From: Acidobacteriota bacterium
GTDB taxonomy: Bacteria; Acidobacteriota; Vicinamibacteria; Vicinamibacterales; CAVVIG01
NCBI GenBank assembly: GCA_020850715.1
Contig: JADZED010000080.1
Location: 4,524 to 68,523 of the forward strand
Direction of reading: 5' to 3'
Length of the DNA stretch: 64,000 nucleotides
The position numbers and the translations under genes were made by a program. The first letter of the stretch is position 1. Each line of letters starts with the position of its first letter. Shown here piece by piece: positions 9,934 to 18,949 of the stretch. The notes below the pieces were generated by a model that saw nothing but the letters and a program-made list of their open reading frames with translations, was not told the DNA's origin and ran no database searches.

Positions 9934-12760
9934 TCTGCGTCCGCCGCCCGCGGCGGCCGGGGGCGATCCTGCGGCCGCAGGCCGGAGGGAGCTCGCCGAT
10001 GCGGCGTCGCGCGCCGCGGCCGTCGACCCTTCGCGCAACGTCGTGCTCGAAGCCTCGGCGGGCACCGGCAAGACGCGCGTCCTCGTCGAACGCTACGTGA
10101 ACCTGCTGCGCGCCGGCGTCGCGCCCGATCACATCCTGGCAATCACCTTCACGCGCAAGGCCGCCGCGGAGATGCGCCAGCGGATCATCGAGCGGCTGCG
10201 CGAGGCGAGCCGGCTCTCGCAGGCCGACGCCGCGCGCTGGCGCGAGTTGCGCGACCGCCTCGGCGACATCAGCATCTCGACGATCGACGCGTTCTGCCTG
10301 TCGCTGCTGCGCGAGTGTCCGCTCGAGGCCGACGTCGATCCCGCGTTCGATCTCGCCGCCGACGCCGACGTGCCACGGCTCATCGAGGAGGCGCTCGACC
10401 ACGCCTTCCGCATCTGCCGCGCCGTCGCGCAGGACGACGAGGACGTCGCGCTCGTGTTCGCGCAGCTCGGCGAGCAGCGCCTCCGTGCCGGCATTGCCGC
10501 GCTGCTCGATCGACGGCTCGTCGCGCCGCGGGTGCTGGCGCGCTATCTGTCGAAAGGGCCGCGGGCCCTGACGCCGGCCGCCGCCTGCGGCGCCGCGGCC
10601 GCGCGTCTCGCCGATCTCATCGGAGGCGTCGAGGGCGGGGTCGATGCGTTCCTCCACGACGGCCCGGTGCGCCATCCGCAGTTCGCGATGCTGGCCGCGG
10701 ACATCCGCGAGCGCTGCGGGCCCCGATCTCCGCATCCCTCCCGCGCCGACGCGGAGACCAACGCGTTCGCGTCGCGCGCCGGGCAGGCGGCCTTCCGCGG
10801 ATTCGTCGATCACCTGCGCGCGTACTTCCTGACGCAGGCGGGGGCGCCGCGCGGCCCGCATTTCAGCGGCACCGGCTTCACCGCCGGAGACTGCGCGAGT
10901 CGCGACGCGTGGAAGCGCCACCGCGCCGCCGCCGCCTCGCTGGCCCCGGCCGTGGCCGACGCCGTGCGGGCGTTCCGGCGCGATCTGAACGTGATCATGG
11001 CGCGCGGCGTCTGGCGCGTGTTCGCCGTCGCGCTGCACCAGTACCAGCGCACGCTCGACGCCCGCGCGCTCGTGGACTTCCCGGGCGTGCTCGAGCGCGC
11101 GGTGGCGCTGCTGCGCGGCATGGGCGAGTTCGCGCACAGCCGGTACCGGCTGGAGGCGCGGTACCGGCATGTCCTCGTCGACGAGTTCCAGGACACCAGC
11201 CGCGCCCAGTGGGAGCTGGTCTCGCTTCTCGTGCGGAACTGGGGCGAAGGATTCGGCGCGTCGGCCGATGCGCTGCCGCCCTCGATCTTCGTCGTCGGCG
11301 ACCGGAAGCAGTCAATCTACGGTTTCCGCGGCGCCGACGCCGGCATCCTCGACGATGCCGCGTCCTTCGTGGAAGGCCTGAGGGCCGAAGGAGCGCCGCG
11401 CCATGCGATCTCGGTCAGCTTCCGCGCCCTCCCGGAACTGCTGGCGTTCGTCAACGGCGTGTTCGGCGAGATCGCGCTCCCGGACGGCGCGCGGCGGGAC
11501 GGGTTCCCCTATCGCGAGACCGATCGATTTCCGCCCGCCGGCGGGCCGGACGACGACCGATCGGCGCCCGCCGCCGCCACCGACGCACCTCCGGAGTGGG
11601 CGGCGGCCGGGGGCGGCCGGCCGCTGCACATCATGGCCGCGGGCACGACCCGCGCGGCGGCCGACCTGGTGGCCGACGAGATCGCGCGGGTCCTGGCCGG
11701 CGTCGCCGTTCGCGACAAGGCGACCGGCGGAGCGCGGCCGGCCCGTCCGGGCGACATCGGCATCCTGTTCCGCGCGCGCGACAGCCATCGCGCATTCGAG
11801 GCGGCGCTCGGGGAGCGCCAGATCCCGACCTACGTGTACAAAGGGCTCGGCTTCTTCGAGTCCGACGAAATCCAGGACGCCGTCGCGCTCCTGCGCTACC
11901 TGGCCGATCCGCACTCGAACATGCGCGTGGCGGCGCTGCTGCGGTCGCGGATCGTGCGGCTGGCCGATCCGGCCCTGGCGCGGCTCGGCCCCGACCTCGC
12001 CGCCGCCATCCTGCGCGGGGACGCCGGCCGGCTGGAGGACGCCGATCGCGCCACTCTCGCGCGGCTGCAGGCCGCGGTGCCGCGCTGGCTTTCGTGGGTG
12101 GATCGGCTGACGCCCTCGGAGCTCTTGAGCCGCATCCTCGCCGAGACGGCGTATGCGCTGGAGCTGCGCGGGCCGCACGCCGTGCAGGCGCGTGAGAACC
12201 TCAAGAAGCTCCGCGCGATGATCCGCCGCGTCCAGAACCGCGGGTACGCGACGCTCGCCCGGATTGCGGATCACCTCGACCGGCTCGCGATCGGCGACGA
12301 GTCGAACGCGACCATCGACGCGCTCGACGCCGTGAGCCTCATGACCGTGCACGCGTCGAAGGGGCTGGAGTTCCCCATCGTCTTTCTGGTTCACCTGGGC
12401 CGGGGCGCCGGCGGCGTCCGGCCGCCGATCCGCATCTCGGCCGACGACGCCGCCGGGAACGGCGATGCGGTGGCGATCGCCGATTACCAGTCCGGCGCCG
12501 ACGACGACATGCCGGCGCGCGATCGGGAGGAATCCAAGAGGCTCCTGTACGTGGCGCTCACGCGCGCGCGCGACCGGTTGTACCTGTCCGCGACGGTGCA
12601 GGGCGGGCGCTGCCGGATGGGACGCGGCAGCCTCGGCGAGGTGCTGCCCGAGCCGGTGAAGGCACTGTTCGTGCGCGCGGCGGCCGAGCCCGAGCTCACC
12701 TGGACCAGCGCCGACGGCGGACGGCACCGGTTCAGCGCCCGGAGCGCCGGCGCCGGATGA
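9926..12760 (+). CDS. UvrD/AddA-like superfamily-1 helicase; no C-terminal nuclease domain seen
   Basis: ATG 9926 overlaps the AddB-like stop by 8 nt. Motifs EASAGTGKT, ILAITFTRKAAAEM, VLVDEFQDTS, VGDRKQSIYGFRGA, VALTRAR. The protein ends about 45 aa after motif VI. Confidence 0.8.
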   Translation: MSDLRPPPAAAGGDPAAAGRRELADAASRAAAVDPSRNVVLEASAGTGKTRVLVERYVNLLRAGVAPDHILAITFTRKAAAEMRQRIIERLREASRLSQADAARWRELRDRLGDISISTIDAFCLSLLRECPLEADVDPAFDLAADADVPRLIEEALDHAFRICRAVAQDDEDVALVFAQLGEQRLRAGIAALLDRRLVAPRVLARYLSKGPRALTPAAACGAAAARLADLIGGVEGGVDAFLHDGPVRHPQFAMLAADIRERCGPRSPHPSRADAETNAFASRAGQAAFRGFVDHLRAYFLTQAGAPRGPHFSGTGFTAGDCASRDAWKRHRAAAASLAPAVADAVRAFRRDLNVIMARGVWRVFAVALHQYQRTLDARALVDFPGVLERAVALLRGMGEFAHSRYRLEARYRHVLVDEFQDTSRAQWELVSLLVRNWGEGFGASADALPPSIFVVGDRKQSIYGFRGADAGILDDAASFVEGLRAEGAPRHAISVSFRALPELLAFVNGVFGEIALPDGARRDGFPYRETDRFPPAGGPDDDRSAPAAATDAPPEWAAAGGGRPLHIMAAGTTRAAADLVADEIARVLAGVAVRDKATGGARPARPGDIGILFRARDSHRAFEAALGERQIPTYVYKGLGFFESDEIQDAVALLRYLADPHSNMRVAALLRSRIVRLADPALARLGPDLAAAILRGDAGRLEDADRATLARLQAAVPRWLSWVDRLTPSELLSRILAETAYALELRGPHAVQARENLKKLRAMIRRVQNRGYATLARIADHLDRLAIGDESNATIDALDAVSLMTVHASKGLEFPIVFLVHLGRGAGGVRPPIRISADDAAGNGDAVAIADYQSGADDDMPARDREESKRLLYVALTRARDRLYLSATVQGGRCRMGRGSLGEVLPEPVKALFVRAAAEPELTWTSADGGRHRFSARSAGAG

Positions 12761-12797
12761 CATTCCGCCATATTTCCTTGCCGCGTCGCGATTTGCA

Positions 12798-12826
12798 TTG
12801 CGCGGCGCGATGCGGTCCCATAGAAT
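12798..12826 (+). promoter_or_regulatory. sigma70-like promoter TTGCGC-17-TAGAAT
   Basis: TTGCGC 12798-12803, 17-nt spacer, TAGAAT 12821-12826. Downstream are RBS AAGGAG 12873-12878 and GTG 12885. Confidence 0.4.
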
Positions 12827-12884
12827 CAGCCTTTTGGGTGGCTCTGCGCGAGGCGCGCGGAGCAAGCGGAGCAAGGAGTCATAC

Positions 12885-13106
12885 GTGGCGTTAACGTGTC
12901 CCAACTGCGGCAACGACCGGAACTTCCTGGTCAAGACGCTGCAGATGCACGTCGTGCACCTGGAGGACGGGCGGGTCGAGGTGTCGGAGGAGAGCCGTCC
13001 GGCCGTGCTCGAGGTGCTGTGCGACGAGTGCGAGTCTGCGTTGAAGTTCGAAGAATTCGAAGAACCCCTTCGCAAGGAAGTGCTGCTGACGATCGGCGCG
13101 CGCTGA
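12885..13106 (+). CDS. small zinc-ribbon protein (73 aa)
   Basis: AAGGAG RBS then GTG 12885. Two CxxC pairs: CPNCG ... CDEC. Confidence 0.55.
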   Translation: MALTCPNCGNDRNFLVKTLQMHVVHLEDGRVEVSEESRPAVLEVLCDECESALKFEEFEEPLRKEVLLTIGAR

Positions 13107-13132
13107 CGCGGGCGCCGGTTGCCTTTCTTCGC

Positions 13133-13297
13133 TCACCGACCGTCTTCGGTCTCTTCAAAGTAATCGCATTCAGGGCAGACCCATTCGCGCGTCGTGCGCA
13201 CGGTGGCGCGCGTGTGGCCGGGCACGCGCACGACGGTCTGGCTCTCGCGCAGCCGCATCGTCTCGCCGCAGAGCGGGCACTCCCTGATCTCGGGCAC
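13133..13297 (-). CDS. small zinc-ribbon protein (54 aa)
   Basis: GTG at 13297. CPLCG ... CPEC pairs and an acidic tail. The upstream part of the 167-aa track ORF looks like shadow frame. Confidence 0.45.
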   Translation of the reverse strand: MPEIRECPLCGETMRLRESQTVVRVPGHTRATVRTTREWVCPECDYFEETEDGR

Positions 13298-13342
13298 GTT
13301 TCTTGTTGACGATAGCAGAAACGCGGACCGACGCCGCGCGTC

Positions 13343-13371
13343 TTGACAACGGTGCGATCGGCACCTATCGT
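13343..13371 (+). promoter_or_regulatory. sigma70-like promoter TTGACA-17-TATCGT, 11 nt before the ATG
   Basis: Consensus -35 TTGACA 13343-13348, 17-nt spacer, TATCGT 13366-13371, ATG 13383. No SD. Confidence 0.45.
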
Positions 13372-13382
13372 TAGGGACTTCG

Positions 13383-13781
13383 ATGCCGAGCGAGTGTTTC
13401 GCGGACGAGATCGCGATCGATTTCCCCTCTGTGGGGCACGCCGTCGAGCGGATGCGCGACGCGTTTCTCGACGCGCGCGGCGACGCCGGCCGCCTCACGA
13501 TGGAGATCTCGCTGTCGACGCGCGAAGCGTCGGGCGGCCTGACGATGCCGCTGGACGTTCCGGTGCGCGCGACCTGCCCGGGGTGCGGCGGCCGCGGCGA
13601 GAGCTGGACCGAGCCGTGCGGAGCGTGCGAAGGCACAGGCGCCGCGCTGTATCTCTACCCGGTGCGGCTGAATCTTCCCGCCGGCCTGGTCGATGGCGCG
13701 CGCCTGCGGTTCCGCGTGCGCTCGGAGCGCGCCGCCCCGGTGCGCGTCGAAGTCCGCGTCGCGGTGCGGGCGTCCGCCTGA
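13383..13781 (+). CDS. J-domain-less DnaJ-like protein (CR-type zinc-finger plus beta C-terminal segment)
   Basis: CPGCGGRG ... CGACEGTG repeats identical in form to the DnaJ cysteine-rich domain. No HPD/J domain upstream. Confidence 0.6.
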   Translation: MPSECFADEIAIDFPSVGHAVERMRDAFLDARGDAGRLTMEISLSTREASGGLTMPLDVPVRATCPGCGGRGESWTEPCGACEGTGAALYLYPVRLNLPAGLVDGARLRFRVRSERAAPVRVEVRVAVRASA

Positions 13782-13980
13782 GATTGCCGGCCTGCCCGGG
13801 CTGGACGAGGTTCGGATCGCAGAGAGGGGCCGCCGGCGGGGCGCGAGGCGCGAGGATCCCGCGCCTCGCCCGACGGCACGCTACGCCGCCAGCCGGGATG
13901 CGCCGGGATGCAACGCCCGTGCATCGTGCCGCGCATCAGCGGCCCGGGCCGCCCGCGCGGCGCCGTCGCACATCCTCCGG

Positions 13981-14319
13981 TCACCACCGGTTCGCCAATT
14001 CGCTCAGGACCGGCACCCTCAGCCGCCGGCCATTCAGGGCTTTCACGATCGCCGCGGCGTGCAGCGCGAGCACGCCGATCCACCCCAGCGGAATCAACAG
14101 CATCAGGATGAACCCGAACGCCAGGGCGGCGATCCCGGCCAGCGCGGCGAGCACCAGGTACGCGCACAGCAGCACGAACTCGGCCGCGGCGAGCACCAGG
14201 CCGTGCTTCGCGTGCCATCGCACCTCGTCGTCGGCATCGGCCAGCAGCGGGACCAACGCCAGCAGCCACAGGTACGCGAGCGCGATCAGCGTGGCGCGGC
14301 GCGTGGCGGGGCCGGGCAT
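13981..14319 (-). CDS. small integral membrane protein (112 aa, about 3 TM helices)
   Basis: ATG 14319. Hydrophobic stretches LIALAYLWLLALVPLL, LVLAAAEFVLLCAYLVLAALAGIAALAFGFILMLLIPLGWIGVLAL. The remainder of the 408-aa track ORF is antisense to mrp. Confidence 0.55.
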   Translation of the reverse strand: MPGPATRRATLIALAYLWLLALVPLLADADDEVRWHAKHGLVLAAAEFVLLCAYLVLAALAGIAALAFGFILMLLIPLGWIGVLALHAAAIVKALNGRRLRVPVLSELANRW

Positions 14320-14352
14320 CCACCAGCGAGTGTACGATATTCTTGTGCAGAT

Positions 14353-15435
14353 ATGAGTGCAGCAGAGACGGCGATTCGCGAGGCGTTGAAAGTCGTCAAG
14401 GACCCCGATCTGAAGCGCGACATCGTGAGCCTCGGGTTCGTCAGGAACATGGCGATCGACGGCGGGCGCGTCTCGTTCACCATCGAGCTGACGACGCCGG
14501 CCTGTCCCGTGAAGGATCAGATGCGCGACCAGGCGCGCGCGGCGGTGCTGCAGGTGCCAGGCGTCAGCGACGTCGAGATCACGATGACCGCGCGCGTCCG
14601 CGAAGCGATGGCGCCCGACAGCACGCGTGCGCCGCTGCCGGGCGTGAAGAACGTCATCGCCGTCGGCGCGGGCAAGGGCGGCGTCGGCAAGACCACGGTC
14701 GCGGTGAACCTGGCGCTCGCGCTGGCGAAGGCCGGCGGCAGCGTCGGGCTGATCGACGCCGACATCTATGGCCCGAACGTCCCGATCATGCTCGGGATGA
14801 AGACGCAGCTCACCACCGACGGAAAGAAGATCATTCCGGCCGAGAAGTACGGCGTCCAGGTCATCTCGATGGCGTTTCTCACCACCGACGATGCGCCGAT
14901 CATCTGGCGCGGCCCGATGCTGCACGGTGCGCTGCAGCAGTTCTTCCGCGAGGTGGCCTGGGGCGCCCTCGACTACCTCGTGGTCGATCTGCCGCCGGGC
15001 ACCGGCGATGTCGCGCTCAGCCTCAGCCAGACGGTGCCGGTGGCCGGCGCGGTGGTCGTGACGACGCCGCAGCAGGTGTCGCTCGCCGACAGCCGGCGCG
15101 CGCTGGCCATGTACCGCAAGCTCAACATCCCGCCGCTGGGCATCGTCGAGAACATGAGCTACTTTGTCTGCCCCGACTGCGGGCACGAGGCCGACATCTT
15201 CGGACACGGCGGCGGCGAACAGATGGCATCGGAGCTCGGCGTGCCGTTCTTCGGGCGCATCCCGATCTATCAGCCCATCCGCGAAGGCAGCGATCGCGGC
15301 GTACCGCTCATGATCGACGACGCCGGGTCGCCGGCCGGGCGCGCGTTCGTGTCGGCCGCCGAGCGGATGGCGGCGCAGCTGTCGATCGCGAGCTTCAGTC
15401 GTCCTTCAACCATTCCCCTCACGGTGGTGCGATGA
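14353..15435 (+). CDS. mrp: Mrp/ApbC/NBP35-family Fe-S cluster carrier ATPase
   Basis: N-terminal DUF59-like segment. Deviant Walker A GKGGVGKTT. CPDCG (CxxC) cluster-ligand motif. Confidence 0.9.
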   Translation: MSAAETAIREALKVVKDPDLKRDIVSLGFVRNMAIDGGRVSFTIELTTPACPVKDQMRDQARAAVLQVPGVSDVEITMTARVREAMAPDSTRAPLPGVKNVIAVGAGKGGVGKTTVAVNLALALAKAGGSVGLIDADIYGPNVPIMLGMKTQLTTDGKKIIPAEKYGVQVISMAFLTTDDAPIIWRGPMLHGALQQFFREVAWGALDYLVVDLPPGTGDVALSLSQTVPVAGAVVVTTPQQVSLADSRRALAMYRKLNIPPLGIVENMSYFVCPDCGHEADIFGHGGGEQMASELGVPFFGRIPIYQPIREGSDRGVPLMIDDAGSPAGRAFVSAAERMAAQLSIASFSRPSTIPLTVVR

Positions 15436-15890
15436 GAGCATTCCTGATCGTGGCGATCTCGGCGCTGATTGCGGTGGGTTGCGGCGGCACTTCATCCACC
15501 CGGACGCCCGAGGGCGGCGAACTGCCGCACTCGATCCTCGACCCCTACCTGAAGATCCACGAAGCGCTCGCCGCCGACAGCACCGACGGCATCCGCCAGA
15601 ACGCGGGCGCGATTGCCACGGCGGCGGCCTCGCTGGGTGCGCCGGCGGTGAAGGTCGACACGTCGGCCGTCCAGCTCGCCGCGGCCGGCGACATCGCCGA
15701 CGCGCGCGGCAAGTTCGGGCAGCTGAGCGACGCGATCGACGCCTACATGACGGGCTTCGAGCTGACGACGCCCGAGGGGGTGCGCAAGGCGTTCTGCCCC
15801 ATGGTGCGGAAGCCGTGGCTGCAGGCCGGCAGCGTGATGAAGAACCCGTACTACGGGACCGCGATGTCGACGTGCGGAGAGTTCCGCTGA
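15432..15890 (+). CDS. DUF3347-like lipoprotein
   Basis: ATGA overlap with mrp. Lipobox LIAVGC. C-terminal CPM...W.Q......NPYYG..M..CG pattern recalled from DUF3347. Confidence 0.6.
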   Translation: MRAFLIVAISALIAVGCGGTSSTRTPEGGELPHSILDPYLKIHEALAADSTDGIRQNAGAIATAAASLGAPAVKVDTSAVQLAAAGDIADARGKFGQLSDAIDAYMTGFELTTPEGVRKAFCPMVRKPWLQAGSVMKNPYYGTAMSTCGEFR

Positions 15891-17191
15891 ACATCAGCTT
15901 CGCGAAGCACACGCTGGCGAACGGGCTCGACGTGCTGCTGCACGAGGATCACTCGTGCCCGATTGCCGCCGTGAACGTCTGGTACCACGTCGGATCGAAG
16001 AACGAGCGCCCGGGCCACACCGGCTTCGCCCACCTGTTCGAGCACCTGATGTTCGAGGGCTCGCAGCACCACGATCGCGGCTACTTCCATCCGCTGCAGG
16101 GCGCGGGCGCCACGCTCAACGGGTCGACCAACGCCGATCGGACCAATTACTGGGAAGTGGTGCCGTCCAACGCACTCGAGCTGGCGCTGTGGATGGAATC
16201 CGATCGCATGGGATTCCTGCTGCCGGCGCTCACCGAGGCCAAGTTCGAGAACCAGCGGCACGTCGTGCTCAACGAGCGGCGCCAGAACTACGAGAACCGC
16301 CCGTACGGGCTCGCGGCCATGGCGATCCTCGCCGCGCTGTATCGGCCGGATCACCCCTACCACTGGACGACCATCGGAGAGATCGCCGACCTCGAGGCGG
16401 TCCGCCTCGAGGAGGCGCACGCCTTCTTCCGCCGCTTCTATCATCCTGCCAACGCGTCGCTGGCGATTGCCGGGGACATCGATGCCGCCGGGGCGCTCGC
16501 GATGGCCGAGGCCTGCTTTGGCGGGATCGAAGCGGGCGAGCCGGTGCCGCCGGTGCGGGCCGAGGCCTCGCTCGAGGGCGAGGTCCGGCTGCTCCTGTTC
16601 GATCGAATCGAGCTGCCGCGGCTCTACCTGGCCTGGCTTTCACCGGCGATGTTCGCCGAGGGGGATGCCGACCTCGATCTGGCCACCGATCTGCTGGCGA
16701 ACGGCAAGACCTCGCGCCTGTACCGGCGGCTCGTGTTCGACGAACGGCTGGCCGCCGACGTCTCGGCGGCGCAGAACTCGCGCGAGATCGGCGGTTTCGT
16801 CCAGGTGACCGCGACCGCCGCGCCCGGGCGCACGCTGCCCGAGCTCGAGCGGGTGATCGTCGAGGAGATCGCGCGGCTCGCCGCCGACGGTCCGACCGAC
16901 GCCGAGATCGAGCGCGGGCGCGTGCAGGCCGAATCGCAGTTCGTCTACCGCCTCCAGACGGTCGGCGGGTTCGGCGGCAAGTCCGATCAGCTCAACGCCT
17001 ACAACGTGTTCACGGGAGACCCCTCGTACTTCGACCGCGACCTGGCGCGCTACCAAGCCGTCACCGCCGCGTCGATCCGCCGGACGGTGTCGCGCTCGCT
17101 GGTGCGCGGCGGCCGCGTCACCCTGAGCGTGGTGCCGCGCGACCGCGGCGATCTCGCGATGCCCGGCTCGTCGCCGGCGGACGTCTCGTGA
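15872..17191 (+). CDS. M16 (pitrilysin) family zinc peptidase, catalytic-type subunit
   Basis: Inverted zincin motif HLFEH (HxxEH) with downstream Glu. Start is uncertain; GTG 15872 was chosen and overlaps the upstream 3' end. Confidence 0.8.
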   Translation: MRRVPLNISFAKHTLANGLDVLLHEDHSCPIAAVNVWYHVGSKNERPGHTGFAHLFEHLMFEGSQHHDRGYFHPLQGAGATLNGSTNADRTNYWEVVPSNALELALWMESDRMGFLLPALTEAKFENQRHVVLNERRQNYENRPYGLAAMAILAALYRPDHPYHWTTIGEIADLEAVRLEEAHAFFRRFYHPANASLAIAGDIDAAGALAMAEACFGGIEAGEPVPPVRAEASLEGEVRLLLFDRIELPRLYLAWLSPAMFAEGDADLDLATDLLANGKTSRLYRRLVFDERLAADVSAAQNSREIGGFVQVTATAAPGRTLPELERVIVEEIARLAADGPTDAEIERGRVQAESQFVYRLQTVGGFGGKSDQLNAYNVFTGDPSYFDRDLARYQAVTAASIRRTVSRSLVRGGRVTLSVVPRDRGDLAMPGSSPADVS

Positions 17192-18552
17192 CGGTCGATC
17201 GATCGCGCCTGCCCGAGCCCGGTCCGGCCCGGCCGTTCGCCTTCCCCCCCCTCCGCAAGTCCACGCTGCCCAACGGTCTCCGGGTGTGGAGCATCCGGCA
17301 CGGCGTCGTGCCGGTCGTCTCGCTGATGCTGCTCGTCCGCCGCGGGTCGGCCGTGGATCCCGCGGGGCGCGAGGGGCTTGCGGCGATGACCGCCGACATG
17401 CTGGACGAGGGGAGCGGCGCGCGCAGCGCCATCGACATCCACGAGGCGCTCGCGCGCATCGGCGCGCAGTTCGACACCGACATCGGGGCCGACGCCACGC
17501 TCGTCAGCCTCACGACGCTCAGTCGCGCGGTCGACCGGGGCATCGAGCTCCTCGCCGACATGGTCGCGCGCCCCGCGCTGCGCGACGACGACTTCGCGCG
17601 GGTGCGGCAGCTCCGCCTGCATCGGCTGGCGCAGATGCGCGACAGCCCGCCGGCCGTCGCAGAGCGGACCTTCGTGCGCCTGCTGTACGGCGCGCACCCG
17701 TACGGCCATACGCCGGCGGGCTGCGAACGGGCGCTCACGTCGATGGAGGCTGGCGACGTGCGCGCGTTTCACACGTCGGCGATCCGGCCATCGGTGTCGA
17801 CGCTCGTCGCGGTCGGCGACTGCGATCACCTGGAGGTGGAGCGCATCGCGGCCACGGCGTTCGACGGCTGGACCGGCGACGATCCGCCCGCCCCCCCCGA
17901 TCGCGCGGCGCCGCTGCCGTCGCCGGCGCGCCTGAACATCGTGCCGAGGCCGGGGGCGCCGCAGTCGGAGCTGCGGATCGGGCACGTGGGCGCCGCGCGC
18001 CACACGCCCGACTACCATGCGCTCGTCGTCGGCAACATCGTCCTCGGGGGGCAGTTCGTCAGCCGCCTGAATCTCAATCTCCGCGAGCGCCGCGGCTTCA
18101 CCTATGGCGCGCGCACGTCGTTCGACTTCCGACGGATGCCGGGTCCGTTCTCCGTGCAGGTGGGCGTACAGACGAAGGCAACGGCGGCCGCGATCGAAGA
18201 ATCCATCCGCGAGATCGCCGACCTCCGCGGACCCCGGCCGATCACGTCCGACGAGCTGGCGCTCGGCATCGCGGCCGTCACGCGTGGTTACGCACGCAGC
18301 TTCGAGACGGCCGAACAGATCGCGCGCGCCGTCGTGCAGCTCGCGCTGTACGACCTGCCCGACGACTACTTCGCCGAGTTCGTGCCCCGCATCGAGCGGA
18401 TCACGGCCGACGAGGTGACGCAGGCCATGGCGCGCCACACCGATCCCGCCCGCCTGACCGTCCTCGTGGTCGGCGACCTCGACGCGGTCGGAGACGACCT
18501 GCCGGCCCTCGAGCTGGGCGATCCCGTCGTGCTGTCCGCGGACGCCTTCTGA
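17188..18552 (+). CDS. M16 family peptidase homolog lacking HxxEH (probable non-catalytic partner)
   Basis: GTGA overlap with the upstream M16 gene. M16 fold-like sequence (LPNGLRVW...) but no zinc-binding HxxEH. Confidence 0.75.
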   Translation: MTVDRSRLPEPGPARPFAFPPLRKSTLPNGLRVWSIRHGVVPVVSLMLLVRRGSAVDPAGREGLAAMTADMLDEGSGARSAIDIHEALARIGAQFDTDIGADATLVSLTTLSRAVDRGIELLADMVARPALRDDDFARVRQLRLHRLAQMRDSPPAVAERTFVRLLYGAHPYGHTPAGCERALTSMEAGDVRAFHTSAIRPSVSTLVAVGDCDHLEVERIAATAFDGWTGDDPPAPPDRAAPLPSPARLNIVPRPGAPQSELRIGHVGAARHTPDYHALVVGNIVLGGQFVSRLNLNLRERRGFTYGARTSFDFRRMPGPFSVQVGVQTKATAAAIEESIREIADLRGPRPITSDELALGIAAVTRGYARSFETAEQIARAVVQLALYDLPDDYFAEFVPRIERITADEVTQAMARHTDPARLTVLVVGDLDAVGDDLPALELGDPVVLSADAF

Positions 18553-18639
18553 TAGAGTCTGCTCCCTGGCCGCACGGGCGGCGCGCGCCGCGCGGACCGG
18601 CGGACGGCTCGCCGCCCGCGGCGTCAGGAGGCATCGAGC

Positions 18640-18870
18640 GTGCGCGACGATCGTTCGCGAGGCGGCATGCGCTACCGGCGTATCGGCTTGAGCGTGTTCG
18701 GCTTCATCGCCATTGTCAGCGTCGCGCTGGCCTCCGCCGTCGTCTGGCTGTTCCTCACCAACCCGGTGACGGTCGCCAATGCGGTGAACGAAGGCGAGGT
18801 GTCGCCGCTGGTGCGCAGTCTGGCCGAGGCGCTGTACACGGCGCTGTTGGGGATCCTTCGATACCTGTAG
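18640..18870 (+). CDS. small membrane protein (76 aa, one TM)
   Basis: TM segment IGLSVFGFIAIVSVALASAVVWLFL. High GC3. The start could instead be ATG 18667. Confidence 0.45.
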   Translation: MRDDRSRGGMRYRRIGLSVFGFIAIVSVALASAVVWLFLTNPVTVANAVNEGEVSPLVRSLAEALYTALLGILRYL

Positions 18871-18877
18871 GTTCCAA

Positions 18878-18949
18878 GGGATTCAGGAGGTGCGCCAGGC
18901 TCAGGGGGTTCGCCGGGTTCAGGAGATTGGCCGGGTTCAGGAGGTTCGC
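18878..18949. repeat. 4 tandem copies of an 18-bp unit (consensus CGGGTTCAGGAGGTTCGC), degenerate units on both flanks
   Basis: TCAGG anchors at 18883, 18901, 18919, 18937, exactly 18 nt apart. The array lies between convergent genes, and the last unit contains the stop codon of the minus-strand hydrolase. Confidence 0.85.

Noticed and set aside
18878-18949. Possible CRISPR array.
   Set aside because: The units are directly tandem with no spacers and only 18 bp long, and no cas genes are present. This is a simple tandem repeat.
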